Positions 28,570-38,500 of a DNA stretch of 64,000 nt are shown here, piece by piece. Within the stretch, counting starts at the first letter, position 1; each line of letters opens with the position of its first letter. The notes below the pieces were generated by a model that saw only the letters and a program-made list of their open reading frames with translations, made no database searches and was not told where the DNA came from. A program made the position numbers and the translations under genes. The DNA comes from Candidatus Latescibacterota bacterium (GTDB lineage: Bacteria > Latescibacterota > UBA2968 > UBA8231): the NCBI GenBank assembly GCA_965208105.1, contig OZ242318.1, forward strand, positions 1,984,001 through 2,048,000, given 5' to 3'.

Positions 28570-30495
28570 CTAGTTAGCTCCGGGAGTTGGCGCTCCATGC
28601 CGCTTCAAGAGCTCGACGACCTCACCATGCCCTGCTCGCGCGGCCACTGCCACTGGCTGCGCCCAGGGCGCCCCGGCCAGATTCGGATCCGCTCCCTTCT
28701 CCAGGAGAAATTCGGCCATCTTGCAGCTCCCGAATCGGGCTGCCCACCCAAGCGGCGTGGCGTCATGGTGAAGCTCGATGGCGTCGATGTCGGCACCGAA
28801 CCCCAATGCCAGCTCCGCTCTCTTCATGTTTTCATCTTCATCCTCGTATCGACCTTCGGGATTGCAGTTGTGCCGGCTGGCGGCCAGACGATGCAATGGG
28901 GCAATTCGCAGGAAGTTAGGAAGATTCGGATCCAATCCACGCTCGAGAAGCGTTCGAAAAATGGCAATGTCGCCTTTCCAGAGATTTCCCTGGCACACCG
29001 TGACTGTCGATGGCATCGGGATACCGAGCTCCAACAGTCGGTCCAAAAGCTCAGCGTCATCGCGAATCCGAACGAACAGCTCACTCATCAATGGATCGTT
29101 CGGGTTGCGCTCGAACATCTGTTGCAGCCGCTCGGTGTACGTCCAGTCCTGATCCTCTCCGCCGTATCTGTACAACAGCTCCAGCATCTTGCGGTTTTTC
29201 CCCTGAGCTCGATTCCTTGTCGCTGTCGCGGCCGAGGTGGCTGTGCCATGGGAATCCTGACCCTCGGCATTGGGATCCGCGCCGTGTTGCAGCAGGAGCT
29301 CGGCGACATCGTAGTGGTCGTACCATACCGCAGCCCACAGGGCGAATCCCCAACGCCCCTCACGACAGGTCGCGTCTGCGCCGTTATCGATCAAAAAACG
29401 CAACATCTCGAGATATCCATGCTGGGCGGCGGCAGCCTTTGGCGTCATGCCCATGGGGGACTCGTAATTTACCAGGTCAGGGTTGGCACTCACCATCGCC
29501 TTGACCCTCTCGATGTCGTTCCTTGCCACCGCAACCTCGATGGTGTATTCGGCCCCCTTTGACAACAGCAGGTCCACCAACTCCATGTCCTCGGAGCCAT
29601 GAATGTATATGTCGTTCCAGATGGCGTGATCGATGGGGCGCATCCGCGCTTTTCCATCCGCTTGATTGAGGTCGGCGCCCCGGTCGATCAGCAGCTCGAT
29701 CAATTCAACATCCCGGTTGACGACCGCCTTGTGCAGCGGTGAGATCCCTTGACGGTCCGATTGATCGACAAGCTCCGGGTGGGCCGCCAGCAACTCGGCA
29801 ACGCGCACGCCGTCCGCCTGTGCCACGGCATCGTGAAACCGTTCGGACCCCTCGTCATAGCGGTGCAGCTGCGCAACCGCCCGCCGAATGGCGCTTGCCG
29901 TCTCCTGGTGGCCGCGATCTTCGGCCAGTTTGAGGATCGTATCCTTCCCGAACCAGGAAGTAGCGGTCGGTCTGGCCCCGCGCTCGAGCAACACTTGAAC
30001 CGTTCGCGTGTGTCCTTCCTGCGTTGCGAAAACGATCGGAGAGCAGCCGAAAAACTCAGCGTTAACGAGACTTGAATCGGCGTCGAGGAGGGATTCAAGT
30101 GATTTCGTGTTCCCTGCCATGGCCGCGACGATTAACGGCCAAACCTCTTTGGAAAACGAATCGTGGCATCCATGAGTCACCAGGAACGGATCCTCGATCA
30201 GGAGCCGCGCCTTCTCCTTGCTGCTCAACCCCACCGCCGGCCGCCGTTTGGCGATTCGATCTACGAGCTTCTGCCAGCTTGCAAGACCGTATTCGCGCGC
30301 GATGACCAGCTGGGCGTCGCTCAGCTTGAACGAGACCCTGGCAATCTCATCGTCGGTGGCTTCAAGAAGCTTCGGATGACTCTCGCGAATGCGCTGGAAG
30401 GCATCCGGAGCCGCATCCCTCCAATGCTTTCGCAGGGTCTTGGCGAGGGTTTTCTGCTGTTGGAGACTGGGGACTACGGGCAGGCGGCGGCGCAT
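28570..30495 (-). CDS. Ankyrin-repeat protein with N-terminal LPxxPSL...AQLVIAREYG..SW domain
   Basis: Multiple ankyrin repeats (SPLHKAV, TPLGWAARFG); ATG 30495 with AGGAGG RBS. Confidence 0.87.
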   Translation of the reverse strand: MRRRLPVVPSLQQQKTLAKTLRKHWRDAAPDAFQRIRESHPKLLEATDDEIARVSFKLSDAQLVIAREYGLASWQKLVDRIAKRRPAVGLSSKEKARLLIEDPFLVTHGCHDSFSKEVWPLIVAAMAGNTKSLESLLDADSSLVNAEFFGCSPIVFATQEGHTRTVQVLLERGARPTATSWFGKDTILKLAEDRGHQETASAIRRAVAQLHRYDEGSERFHDAVAQADGVRVAELLAAHPELVDQSDRQGISPLHKAVVNRDVELIELLIDRGADLNQADGKARMRPIDHAIWNDIYIHGSEDMELVDLLLSKGAEYTIEVAVARNDIERVKAMVSANPDLVNYESPMGMTPKAAAAQHGYLEMLRFLIDNGADATCREGRWGFALWAAVWYDHYDVAELLLQHGADPNAEGQDSHGTATSAATATRNRAQGKNRKMLELLYRYGGEDQDWTYTERLQQMFERNPNDPLMSELFVRIRDDAELLDRLLELGIPMPSTVTVCQGNLWKGDIAIFRTLLERGLDPNLPNFLRIAPLHRLAASRHNCNPEGRYEDEDENMKRAELALGFGADIDAIELHHDATPLGWAARFGSCKMAEFLLEKGADPNLAGAPWAQPVAVAARAGHGEVVELLKRHGAPTPGAN

Positions 30496-30630
30496 GGCGG
30501 ACCTCCTTTCGACGGATTGCCTGGCCCGCATACAGGCAGAAAGAAGGTTCCCCAAGGATAAAACGAAGAGCGAAGTTCAGGTGAACGTGGTTCTTCCCGC
30601 GGGTTGGGTGCACCCTGATGTGCAGAGCAT

Positions 30631-30659
30631 AACCTAAGTCCTGTCAAAGGCTATGTCAA
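30631..30659 (-). promoter_or_regulatory. Putative sigma-70 promoter of the ankyrin gene
   Basis: TTGACA-17 bp-TAGGTT on the minus strand, ~135 nt upstream of the ATG. Confidence 0.4.
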
Positions 30660-30777
30660 TTGTGCTCGGCGACCGCTTTGGAAGTGGCTTAGCCAGATGT
30701 CCACTTGCAAGCATGAACCTCATCTCTCTCGTCCTGTTAAGTGAAGTCTGACCTCGGAAATGCTCACTTGCCCAGCA

Positions 30778-31425
30778 TTACGAAACAATAAAGGGATCAT
30801 CCAAATCATTGTTGTCGAGTACTATTGAAGCCCGTTTTCTGGGTTGGCAGTTCTGGATGTATATTTTCTGGCCTTCTATGTAACGCCTATTCTGCTCTGC
30901 ATCAGGATCCGGATTGCCCTCTCCACGAAGAGCGCATCTGGGAATCGAGTTTTCGAAATCCACGTCCAAGTAGATTGAATAGTCCCAGAGGTCCCTGAGT
31001 TCAGCCCTGTGCAAGAAAATCCCGTCCAACAAGAGAATCGACTTCGGCTCCGCGTACAGTTCAGGCGACTCAACACAGGTATCGATCCTGTGATCGAACG
31101 CCTTAGTATGAAAACGCCCGGACCCTCCAGGACCTAGAGGGTTGAGAAGTAAGCCGAAAAGTTGATCGTAGTTGTACGAGTCTTCGAAAAAACCTGACGG
31201 CGAATATTTCCCCTGACGGTACCTGATTGCCCTAGGATTGTGAAAGAAATCTACTGACGCACGGATGATCGGCCGACTTTCAATGGTGTGGGCAAGCTCA
31301 TCCGCGAATGTTGTCTTGCCGGCACCATCTACACCGTCGATGGCGACTCGTACCACATTGCCAGGGAAGATCGCGCAGATTTCCGCGGCGATTTGCTCGA
31401 GGATCACACCCCGCTTTGATGGCAT
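30778..31425 (-). CDS. Uridine-kinase-like P-loop protein
   Basis: AIDGVDGAGKTT, SVDFFH, LLDGIFL, RRYIEGQ. Confidence 0.82.
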   Translation of the reverse strand: MPSKRGVILEQIAAEICAIFPGNVVRVAIDGVDGAGKTTFADELAHTIESRPIIRASVDFFHNPRAIRYRQGKYSPSGFFEDSYNYDQLFGLLLNPLGPGGSGRFHTKAFDHRIDTCVESPELYAEPKSILLLDGIFLHRAELRDLWDYSIYLDVDFENSIPRCALRGEGNPDPDAEQNRRYIEGQKIYIQNCQPRKRASIVLDNNDLDDPFIVS

Positions 31426-31453
31426 GATATACGTAAAACCTTAGTCGCATTTC

Positions 31454-31470
31454 CCATAACGTGCTACCTG
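31454..31470 (-). repeat. Collapsed attC (interior deleted)
   Basis: CGCATTTCCCATAAC-GT-GCTACCTG: both cores juxtaposed across ACGT. Confidence 0.45.
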
Positions 31471-32159
31471 TCTGCGACGTGGGCCTGTCCTTCACGTTCG
31501 AACGTGATGCTTCCCTCGTCGGCGTCCAAGATGACTTCGACGCCTAGCGGAATTGTCAGGCAGCTTCTTCCGTGTCCAGACGGCAGCCCTGACGCGATGG
31601 GGATTCCAAATTCAGAAAGCAGCTCGGAGACACTTCCCCATAGCATGTGCAGGTTCGAACACTCAAACATGTCGGAGAACACCATGCCGCGAACGCCGTC
31701 TAGCTTTCCGGCATTCCTGAGGTGTGTCACCATCGCGTCAATTTGCCTAGCATCCTTTCCCGCATCCTCAAGAAACAAAATCCGCTGATCCGTCTCAATT
31801 TCATGATCTGTACCTATCGACTCGACCAGCCGCGTGAGGTTGCCCCCCACAATTTCGCCCTGGGCCATGCCCTCGCGGAGACATGTGAGTCCGTTGATCG
31901 GGCGAAACTCCCAATAGAAAAGATGATCGTGCAAGGAGACCTGAGACCCTGTTTTCTCTGGATACTCGAGCATTCTAGCTGTAGCGATGTTTGGGCCGTG
32001 GAAAACAACAAGGTCACAAGCACGTTGTAAAAAAAGGAGAAGACTGGTTACGTCACTGTATCCAACGACTGCCTTACGGACATCCCTTATTTCTGGCTTT
32101 CCCACATGGAACAGATGTGAGCCGACTTTAATTTCATGCAGCGATGAGAGGTCAGGCAT
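31464..32159 (-). pseudogene. LD-carboxypeptidase (S66 family), N-terminally truncated
   Basis: GYSDVTSL, FHGP, GGNL, LFLED, SGHG present; N-terminal RGGYG region absent. Confidence 0.7.
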
Positions 32160-32200
32160 GTCAGCTGTGTTCCGTACGATTTGCTCGACTTGAGCATGTC

Positions 32201-32285
32201 ACATAATGTTTTCACCGGGCCCGAACCGCGAAGCTGTTGCGCGAAGGCGCGTCAGCGCCGAAGCCCGGGCACGGTTGTGTTATAT
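32201..32285 (-). repeat. attC site (core TAAT)
   Basis: TAATGTTTTCACCGGGCCCG..two hairpins..CGGGCACGG TTGTGTTA. Confidence 0.8.
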
Positions 32286-32309
32286 GCCCTGCCTCCGTCG
32301 CACCGAGGA

Positions 32310-32912
32310 TCAATTGCTCTCCTCCAGTCGATGCAAGTGGTAGGCATTGTTGTATTGGACAAGGGTCCAGATTCCCTCAGACAGAGACCATTCGGTAATG
32401 CCTGTATTCAAAGGTTGCAGCCAGACCTTGGTCTCGGTTCCTGAAAAAAGCCTTTTCGTTGAGCCGGCGATGAATCCGCCATGAGTCACTGCTACTACTG
32501 TTTGTCCGGCGAATCGTTGCGAGTAGGACAACAAGGCCGAATGTGCTCTGTCAGACAGCTCCTGGAAGGTTTCGGCGCCCGGAGGCGTGGAATCTCCATA
32601 CTTTGCCTGGATCTGAGAGGTGGTGAGACCCTCGGCTTGTCCCATTCGCAGCTCACATAGATCTGGATCCTCCATTACGCATTGTGCCGGCAATACATCC
32701 AACAGAATCTTGGCGGTCTGACGCGCTCGCGCAATAGTGCTGCTGAGCAGTGTTTGACAATCGGAGAATTCGCCTGACTCTCGCAGATGTGTCGCAAGCG
32801 CATGAACTTGCTCCCTGCCCAGGTCTGTGAGGCCTGAGCACGTGCGCTCACCCGAGTTCGTCTCGGTAAGCTGGTCTTTGCCTTGTCCGTGCCGGACGAG
32901 TACTATCCGCAT
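32310..32912 (-). CDS. Histidine phosphatase family
   Basis: LVRHGQG, RARQTA, AVTHGG, NTGITE. Confidence 0.87.
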   Translation of the reverse strand: MRIVLVRHGQGKDQLTETNSGERTCSGLTDLGREQVHALATHLRESGEFSDCQTLLSSTIARARQTAKILLDVLPAQCVMEDPDLCELRMGQAEGLTTSQIQAKYGDSTPPGAETFQELSDRAHSALLSYSQRFAGQTVVAVTHGGFIAGSTKRLFSGTETKVWLQPLNTGITEWSLSEGIWTLVQYNNAYHLHRLEESN

Positions 32913-32945
32913 TGGATGCTAGCTTCACGAAGATTCTGGCATGAC

Positions 32946-33015
32946 ATATAACGTCTCCACGGTTGCCAACAGGCCAAGCCACCGAAGGCGGCGCGGCGGG
33001 AGCCGGTTGTTTGAG
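32946..33015 (-). repeat. attC site, short degenerate form
   Basis: TAACGTCTCCACGGTTGCC..GCCACCGAAGGCGGC..CCGGTTGTTT. Confidence 0.6.
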
Positions 33016-33026
33016 GAGGTGAAAAC

Positions 33027-33914
33027 CTACCAAACCCCCGTGGCGCGTTCCGGACTTGCGACGCCTTCAGGGAAAAACCTGTAGCCTCGTTCCCAGTTTT
33101 CCCGCTGGCGACTTCGTGCACCCCACTCCAGTTCCCTCATCGCTCGCCCAAACCAGAACCAACGGCCTCTTTGCTTCAAATCATCCGTGTTAAAGCAGTA
33201 GCTGGAGAGAACCCCGTCGATGAACCCCTCTCCAAGCTCCCATAGCCATCCGAAGTCGCATGCGGGGTCCCCAATGACCACATCCCCGAAGTCAATTACC
33301 CCGGCAAAGCGACCACCATCCACCAGAATGTGCGGCGGTTCGATATCGGCATGGATTACACTGCGTAAAATCTCGCTTGAGAGGTCTGCCGCCATGATCT
33401 CCCGGACCACTTTGTCACAGTACGACAATTCGTCAGGGGTCAGAGTGCCTTGTCTCACGATCCGTATGTAGTCGAACAAGAAACCTCTCACCTCGTCATA
33501 CCACGGATCGTCTTGAGGGATGCCTAAGGATTCGGCTTCCCCCAGGGGAAGGCCGTGGAGGGCATTGAGAACCGCTGCGACACCACCCGCGAGGCCGAGG
33601 CGTTGATCCTCTGCCAGGGAGATGAATTCTTCATACGTCAGGGAATGTCCGGGAATCGAAGGATATCCAGCGACGCGGTACTCGCCGTCAACGTGTGTAT
33701 AGTCGGGAACTGGCAATCCCGTCTCTCGAAGACGCCTAAGCAGCTTGACCTCTTGCTCAAGGGGTTCGTGCTCCGGATCTTCACAGGCAAATCGAAATAC
33801 GTACGAGTCGTCAAGGAGCACTACATCGTGATCGTAGTGCAGTAACTCAGCCTCCTCCCAATCGAGATCAGGCCACAGTCGCCGCAATTCACCTAGACGC
33901 TGTTCGAGTTCCAC
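33027..33914 (-). CDS. APH-family phosphotransferase
   Basis: IHADIEPPHIL, GVIDFGDVVIGDPACD. Confidence 0.85.
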   Translation of the reverse strand: MELEQRLGELRRLWPDLDWEEAELLHYDHDVVLLDDSYVFRFACEDPEHEPLEQEVKLLRRLRETGLPVPDYTHVDGEYRVAGYPSIPGHSLTYEEFISLAEDQRLGLAGGVAAVLNALHGLPLGEAESLGIPQDDPWYDEVRGFLFDYIRIVRQGTLTPDELSYCDKVVREIMAADLSSEILRSVIHADIEPPHILVDGGRFAGVIDFGDVVIGDPACDFGWLWELGEGFIDGVLSSYCFNTDDLKQRGRWFWFGRAMRELEWGARSRQRENWERGYRFFPEGVASPERATGVW

Positions 33915-33948
33915 GTGGATTTCTGTCCTTTGTCTACGCTTCCATGTC

Positions 33949-34034
33949 CTCTAACGTTATGCCGATATGCGAACCCGCGTCAGCGGGGTTGAGCGATGAC
34001 CGCCAGGCCAAAGCCGGGCACGGTCGTGTTGACC
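33949..34034 (-). repeat. attC site
   Basis: TAACGTTATGCCG..AACCCGC..GCGGGGTT..CGGGCACGGTCGTGTTG. Confidence 0.75.
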
Positions 34035-34069
34035 GATGGCGGCACCCTCAACATGTCTCCACAACCGTT

Positions 34070-35002
34070 TCATGCTGCTCCTCGGAATAGCGGACCATGC
34101 CTCAATTTCCAAACACACTCATCAACCTCAGACTCATTATCGGTCTGCAAGAAACACATTAACCCCGAAAATTCACGAAGGATCCACAGCTGGCGCACGC
34201 GATGTTCAAGTAAACCGTCCATCCCACCACATTCCTGTGTGTAGGCCGCCAAAACCGCCTCGGCGAACTCTTGACCCAGGTGATGCTGGACCGCCAAATC
34301 CTGGGCGGGATCCCCCAAAGTGGCATCCTCGAAGTCTAGAACAGCCGCAACTTCTGAAACATCCTCGTCGACCAGGACGTTGGCGTAAAACAGATCGCCG
34401 TGAACAAGAACGGGCTCGTAGGTCTGCATTCGCTCGTCGGCTACAAACTTTTCCCACCAGCGACGCACCTCATGGTATTCGCCCAGCGATAGGGCAGTCT
34501 CAAGATGCGGCAATACGTTCTGTTGCATCGGGTTGAGGGCTTCCGGCCTGCTGTGAAAGAGCGGGAGATCGAGATCGACAAATTCCTCTACCGGAGTGCT
34601 GTGGAGCTGCCGGAGAAATCTGCCCAGGTCATCGGCGATCCGGTGCCAATCGAGAATTTCCAGGTGGCCCTTGTGCAAGGGCACGCCAGTGAGTTTTGGA
34701 TAGCCCAAAACTCCATACGGAGCCAGCTTGGAAGGCGAGGCGCACCACTTGGGATTGGGGACTGATAGATCGAGGTAGGGCGCTGCTCTCAGAAGCACCT
34801 GGGCTTCCCTATCGTAGCCTGCGGCAACAGACTCATTCTTGCTCAAGCGAAACACAATGCCGGCGGCGGATTCAACTACCAGGCTGGACACGCCGGCATC
34901 CAGCCGCTTCAGTGGAGCAATGCGTCCTAAATCCGGAAAAAGATCGCCCAGGTCCTGTTGAACTCTGGTGAGGTCGTTGAAATGATCCTGGTCGTCCAAC
35001 AA
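34070..35002 (-). CDS. APH-family phosphotransferase
   Basis: VHGDLFYANVLV, VLDFEDATLGDPAQD. Confidence 0.85.
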   Translation of the reverse strand: MLDDQDHFNDLTRVQQDLGDLFPDLGRIAPLKRLDAGVSSLVVESAAGIVFRLSKNESVAAGYDREAQVLLRAAPYLDLSVPNPKWCASPSKLAPYGVLGYPKLTGVPLHKGHLEILDWHRIADDLGRFLRQLHSTPVEEFVDLDLPLFHSRPEALNPMQQNVLPHLETALSLGEYHEVRRWWEKFVADERMQTYEPVLVHGDLFYANVLVDEDVSEVAAVLDFEDATLGDPAQDLAVQHHLGQEFAEAVLAAYTQECGGMDGLLEHRVRQLWILREFSGLMCFLQTDNESEVDECVWKLRHGPLFRGAA

Positions 35003-35039
35003 CTCTGTCTCTCTGACGCGTATGCCGTTAGCCGCTTTC

Positions 35040-35114
35040 GCTTAACTTCTCAGTGCCCCCGAACCGGCGCGGCGGTTGGGCGAAGGGCCTGGAGGCTGGG
35101 GCACGGGATTAGGC
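35040..35114 (-). repeat. attC site
   Basis: TAAC..GTGCCCC..AACCG..CGGTT..GGGGCAC..ATTA; overlaps the stop codon of the adjacent gene. Confidence 0.72.
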
Positions 35115-36017
35115 GAGGTCGGCCCCCCTGGAATTTCCAGGACTCGCTATCCCACTTTTTCGTAAAAAGACCATCAGATCTTCACGCACCCCAACACTTC
35201 TTTGGACAGGGCTGTGTGATTCATCCGGATACATCCGAAATTCGGCTCCGGGAATCCTCATTGCAAGATCCCGGCCCCAATCCACGGGCACTTCTCTGTC
35301 TTTATCCCCGTGAACGACAAGTGTGGGAGCCCCTATCCGACCACATTCGACAATCACATCTCTACGAAGGTATGCGCCAATCGCTTGCAACTGGGTTCCA
35401 TACCATTGCACACGCTCTATCAAGCTGGACCTCTCCACAAGTTTCTGTATTCGTTCTTCGTATTCTCGCAAGGTTCCTCGCTCCTTCATCTCCTCGCGTT
35501 CCCACAGGATGTCTAGAGAAAGCTCAACACCCTTTGGTCGATTCTTCCAAGCTGCCGCCGCATCCTGTTTCTCAAGGATTTCGACCTGTTCTTTGACAAT
35601 TGCGGTAATCGGGTCTTCCTCGGGCCAAAGATTCGCAGCGGTACCAGCCAAAACGAGTGTATTGACTCTCTCCGGATAGATCGTTGCAAACAACACTGCA
35701 ACTGGACCCCCTGCAGAAGAACCAATCAGGTGCGCCCTTTCCACTTCAAGGTAGCCTAGCAGCTCAGACAAATCCCGCACCTGATTCTCAATATCATAGC
35801 CACCCTCCGGACGAGAAGACAGCCAGCAGCCCCGGCGATCGTAGATCACAAATCGGAAATCTGAAGTGAAATCCGTCTCCCATCCCCACATACCACTCGA
35901 TTGCGCACGGAGATGCATGTCAAGAGAGGGGAATCCTCCGTGTATAAACACGACGACCTCGCCCTCGCCTCGTGCATCGTAGAACATCCGGAAGCCGTTT
36001 ACAGACGCATATGGCAT
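35109..36017 (-). CDS. Alpha/beta hydrolase
   Basis: FIHGG, YDRRG, GSSAGG nucleophile elbow, HGDKD, H near the C-terminus. Confidence 0.87.
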   Translation of the reverse strand: MPYASVNGFRMFYDARGEGEVVVFIHGGFPSLDMHLRAQSSGMWGWETDFTSDFRFVIYDRRGCWLSSRPEGGYDIENQVRDLSELLGYLEVERAHLIGSSAGGPVAVLFATIYPERVNTLVLAGTAANLWPEEDPITAIVKEQVEILEKQDAAAAWKNRPKGVELSLDILWEREEMKERGTLREYEERIQKLVERSSLIERVQWYGTQLQAIGAYLRRDVIVECGRIGAPTLVVHGDKDREVPVDWGRDLAMRIPGAEFRMYPDESHSPVQRSVGVREDLMVFLRKSGIASPGNSRGADLA

Positions 36018-36054
36018 AGTTCCATCTCAGTAAGCTTTGCGGAGCCGACTTATC

Positions 36055-36134
36055 GTATAACCTACCAGGGTTGCAGACGCCTGCCGCGGGAAGGTGTGCC
36101 GTCAGCGCCGAAGCCCGGGGGCTCAGTGTTAACT
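36055..36134 (-). repeat. attC site, degenerate
   Basis: TAACC..CAGCGCCGAAGCCCGGGG..GTGTTA. Confidence 0.6.
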
Positions 36135-36180
36135 GATGTTGTGGCCGGTATTGACTTCAAAACGCAGGGGGCGACGTACA

Positions 36181-36697
36181 CTACTTCTCCACGACAAAGT
36201 GAACATGGTCTGTTGCATCCCTGAACTGAGGCAGCTCCGAAGTCTCCGATGCGAATTCCACGACGTTCTCATATGCCGCTTGTTCATTCTTCCTGAGCGA
36301 CTCAAGAAGTGGTGCCATGCCTCCGACGAAGCTTTCTACACCCGCATAGCTGACGATTCGCAGCCCTACATCTTGGATTTCCTTGCCAGCGACCTCAGGG
36401 TTGGACCAGTGACATTCGGTAAAACCGGAAAGCTCACAAGCTTGGAAAGTCTTTTCGTCGAGCATGCTCCTCAGAAAGGTAGAATTCCTGAAGCGCTCTG
36501 GGAAATCGACTACCCCGGTTCTGATCAGCCCCCATGAATTGAGGAAGGCCACAATCGCCCTACTGTCCGGCTTTAGAATGCGAACCAGCTCGCTCAGAGC
36601 CTGAGATCGATCATCACTTTTGATAAAGCCCTGCATCCAACCGATCCCACTCGCTTTCAGGCGCTGAGTCGTAGTGGGTTTTGACGTACTTGCTCAT
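36181..36697 (-). pseudogene. SAM methyltransferase with apparent internal deletion/frameshift
   Basis: MSKYVKTHYDSAPESEWDRL..* (ATG 36697), then other frame ALSELVRILKP...; SAM-binding motif I missing. Confidence 0.62.
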
Positions 36698-36711
36698 TCA
36701 AGCACAATTTC

Positions 36712-36838
36712 AGTTAAGGTTTTCCGCTTTGCGAACTAGGCGCGTCCCGAAGGGCTGGTGCGAGCTTTGCGAACCGAGAATCGGTTGCCACAGGCCCAAG
36801 GCGCCAAAGGCGCCGCAGCGCAAAACGTGCTGTTAAGT
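36712..36838 (-). repeat. attC site, long form with extra hairpins
   Basis: TAAG..TTTGCG..CCCGAAGGG..AACCGAGAATCGGTT..GGCGCCAAAGGCGCC..CGCAAAA..GTTA. Confidence 0.75.
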
Positions 36839-36882
36839 GAGGTAGCATCAACTAACTTAGTCTAAGCTCCTCATAACACGTC

Positions 36883-36968
36883 ACTTAACGTTTCAGTGCC
36901 CCCCAACCGGCGCGGCGGTTGGGCGAAGGGCCGAATTGCCCGGAGCAGGGAGCACGGACGTGTTACCT
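36883..36968 (-). repeat. attC site
   Basis: TAACGTTTCAGTGC..GCACGGACGTGTTA. Confidence 0.82.
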
Positions 36969-37796
36969 GACCGGGACAGTCTCAATTTGTCGCATTCTCG
37001 CCACAAAAGCCCATGGAATCTCCCTGAACTTTGACTGGCCTAGCTCCCTCTCCTCCCGAGGTTCAAATACGGGCTCGGCAATACCGTCCATGACTAATCC
37101 GGCATCGAAGAGGATTGAGAGCAGTGCAGACAAAGGTCTGTGGTAGTAGTGCTGAATGTCTCTTCCGCAGATGCCTCTTCCCACGCCTGCCACAGGCGTG
37201 ATATAAGAGCTAACCTTTATCGTGTGAATCTGCTGTCTTCCTTGCTCACCGTAACTTTCCTCAACGACCCTGGAAGTACCAGCGACGTTGTTGAAGCATG
37301 GATGCATAACTGAGAAAACAAATCTCCCCTCCGATTTCAGGATTCGAGGTATGGTCTGAGCAAGGGGACGAAGCTGGGCCAAATCCATTAGGGCCATGTT
37401 GCAAACAACGGCGTCGTAAGTTTCTCCATTAAGCGCCGCCAGCTGCTCCTCTGAGGTGACATCCATCACCTTGTATTTGATCTGTTCCTCATTCTCGCGG
37501 GTTCGCCGCCTGGCCATATCGATCATTACCTGGCTCACGTCAATCGCTGTGACCAAAATGCCTAACCGTGCTAGATGGCGAGCATAGATACCATTTCCGC
37601 AGCCGACATCGAGAATAACCTCTCCATTAGTGGGAAATAGCAGTTCATCGACCGAGGGTCTCACAAGCTCCAGATGGAAATCATTCCCTTGGTCTCCCAT
37701 CCGGCTGTCCCAAATGTCGGCCTGCTCATCCCACTCTCTCTTGGCAATATCAGAATTTTCGGGCCACTCGTCCGGGGGCTGATCCATTGATTTCAA
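36963..37796 (-). CDS. Class I SAM methyltransferase
   Basis: ILDVGCGNG, YDAVVCNMALMD, FVFSVMHPCF; stop lies inside the attC core. Confidence 0.87.
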   Translation of the reverse strand: MKSMDQPPDEWPENSDIAKREWDEQADIWDSRMGDQGNDFHLELVRPSVDELLFPTNGEVILDVGCGNGIYARHLARLGILVTAIDVSQVMIDMARRRTRENEEQIKYKVMDVTSEEQLAALNGETYDAVVCNMALMDLAQLRPLAQTIPRILKSEGRFVFSVMHPCFNNVAGTSRVVEESYGEQGRQQIHTIKVSSYITPVAGVGRGICGRDIQHYYHRPLSALLSILFDAGLVMDGIAEPVFEPREERELGQSKFREIPWAFVARMRQIETVPVR

Positions 37797-37842
37797 TCCG
37801 CGATTCCTCTCTCAAGGATGATTTGCCTCATTCTTCAACGGC

Positions 37843-37933
37843 AGGTAAGGTTTCGCCGCTTTGCGAACCAGCGAAGCGGGTTGCCGAAGGCCAAGCCGCG
37901 ATCATCGTCCTTGCGCAAAACGCGCTGTTAGCC
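37843..37933 (-). repeat. attC site (core TAAG)
   Basis: TTTGCG AACCAGCGAAGCGGGTT..CGCAAAA CGCGCTGTTA. Confidence 0.78.
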
Positions 37934-37968
37934 GCCGTAGCTAAGCAATGATCCGGGATCAAGTTGCT

Positions 37969-38355
37969 CTACTCAAATAATCGCCGAACCGCAAGGGCAT
38001 TATGAACGAAAGTCTCTTCGAAAGGCGTGCGCCCATTCAAATTCCTGGACTCCCGTTCAGCTCCCCGATCTAATAGCAACTCCGCCACCTGTCGTTGGTT
38101 GCCGTGTGCAGCAGCATGAAGAGGTGTTGTGCCCCAGTGGGAGTTTTGGTTGTGCGCATTGATGCTTGCTCCTTGATCGAGCAAGTACGCCACTACCTCG
38201 GCATGACCCTTCCACGCGGCGCAGTGGAGTGGCATTGAACCATCCTTGTCTGTTGCGGCTAGAAGGGCTGCATCCCTGTTTATCAACAGCTTGACCGTCT
38301 TGATGTCGCCTCGCTTGGCCGCTTTGATTACCTGTTTCTCTTCCTCGGTTCCCAT
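37969..38355 (-). CDS. Small ankyrin-repeat protein
   Basis: PLHCAAWKGH, TPLHAAAHGN. Confidence 0.88.
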   Translation of the reverse strand: MGTEEEKQVIKAAKRGDIKTVKLLINRDAALLAATDKDGSMPLHCAAWKGHAEVVAYLLDQGASINAHNQNSHWGTTPLHAAAHGNQRQVAELLLDRGAERESRNLNGRTPFEETFVHNALAVRRLFE

Positions 38356-38409
38356 TTTTATCCTCTAAAAGGTGGAATGGTGATGAACCCCAGCCCGATC
38401 GTCAAAATT

Positions 38410-38465
38410 CGCTATAGGAGCTGGGTACCCGGAGGTCGGCGCAGCGCAAAACCGTGATGTTGTGG
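38410..38465 (-). repeat. attC site, partially deleted
   Basis: GGCGCAGCGCAAAACCGTGATGTTG right half retained. Confidence 0.55.
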
Positions 38466-38500
38466 GAAGTGCGCTTTTCCACCGGCGCATCAAAACATTT

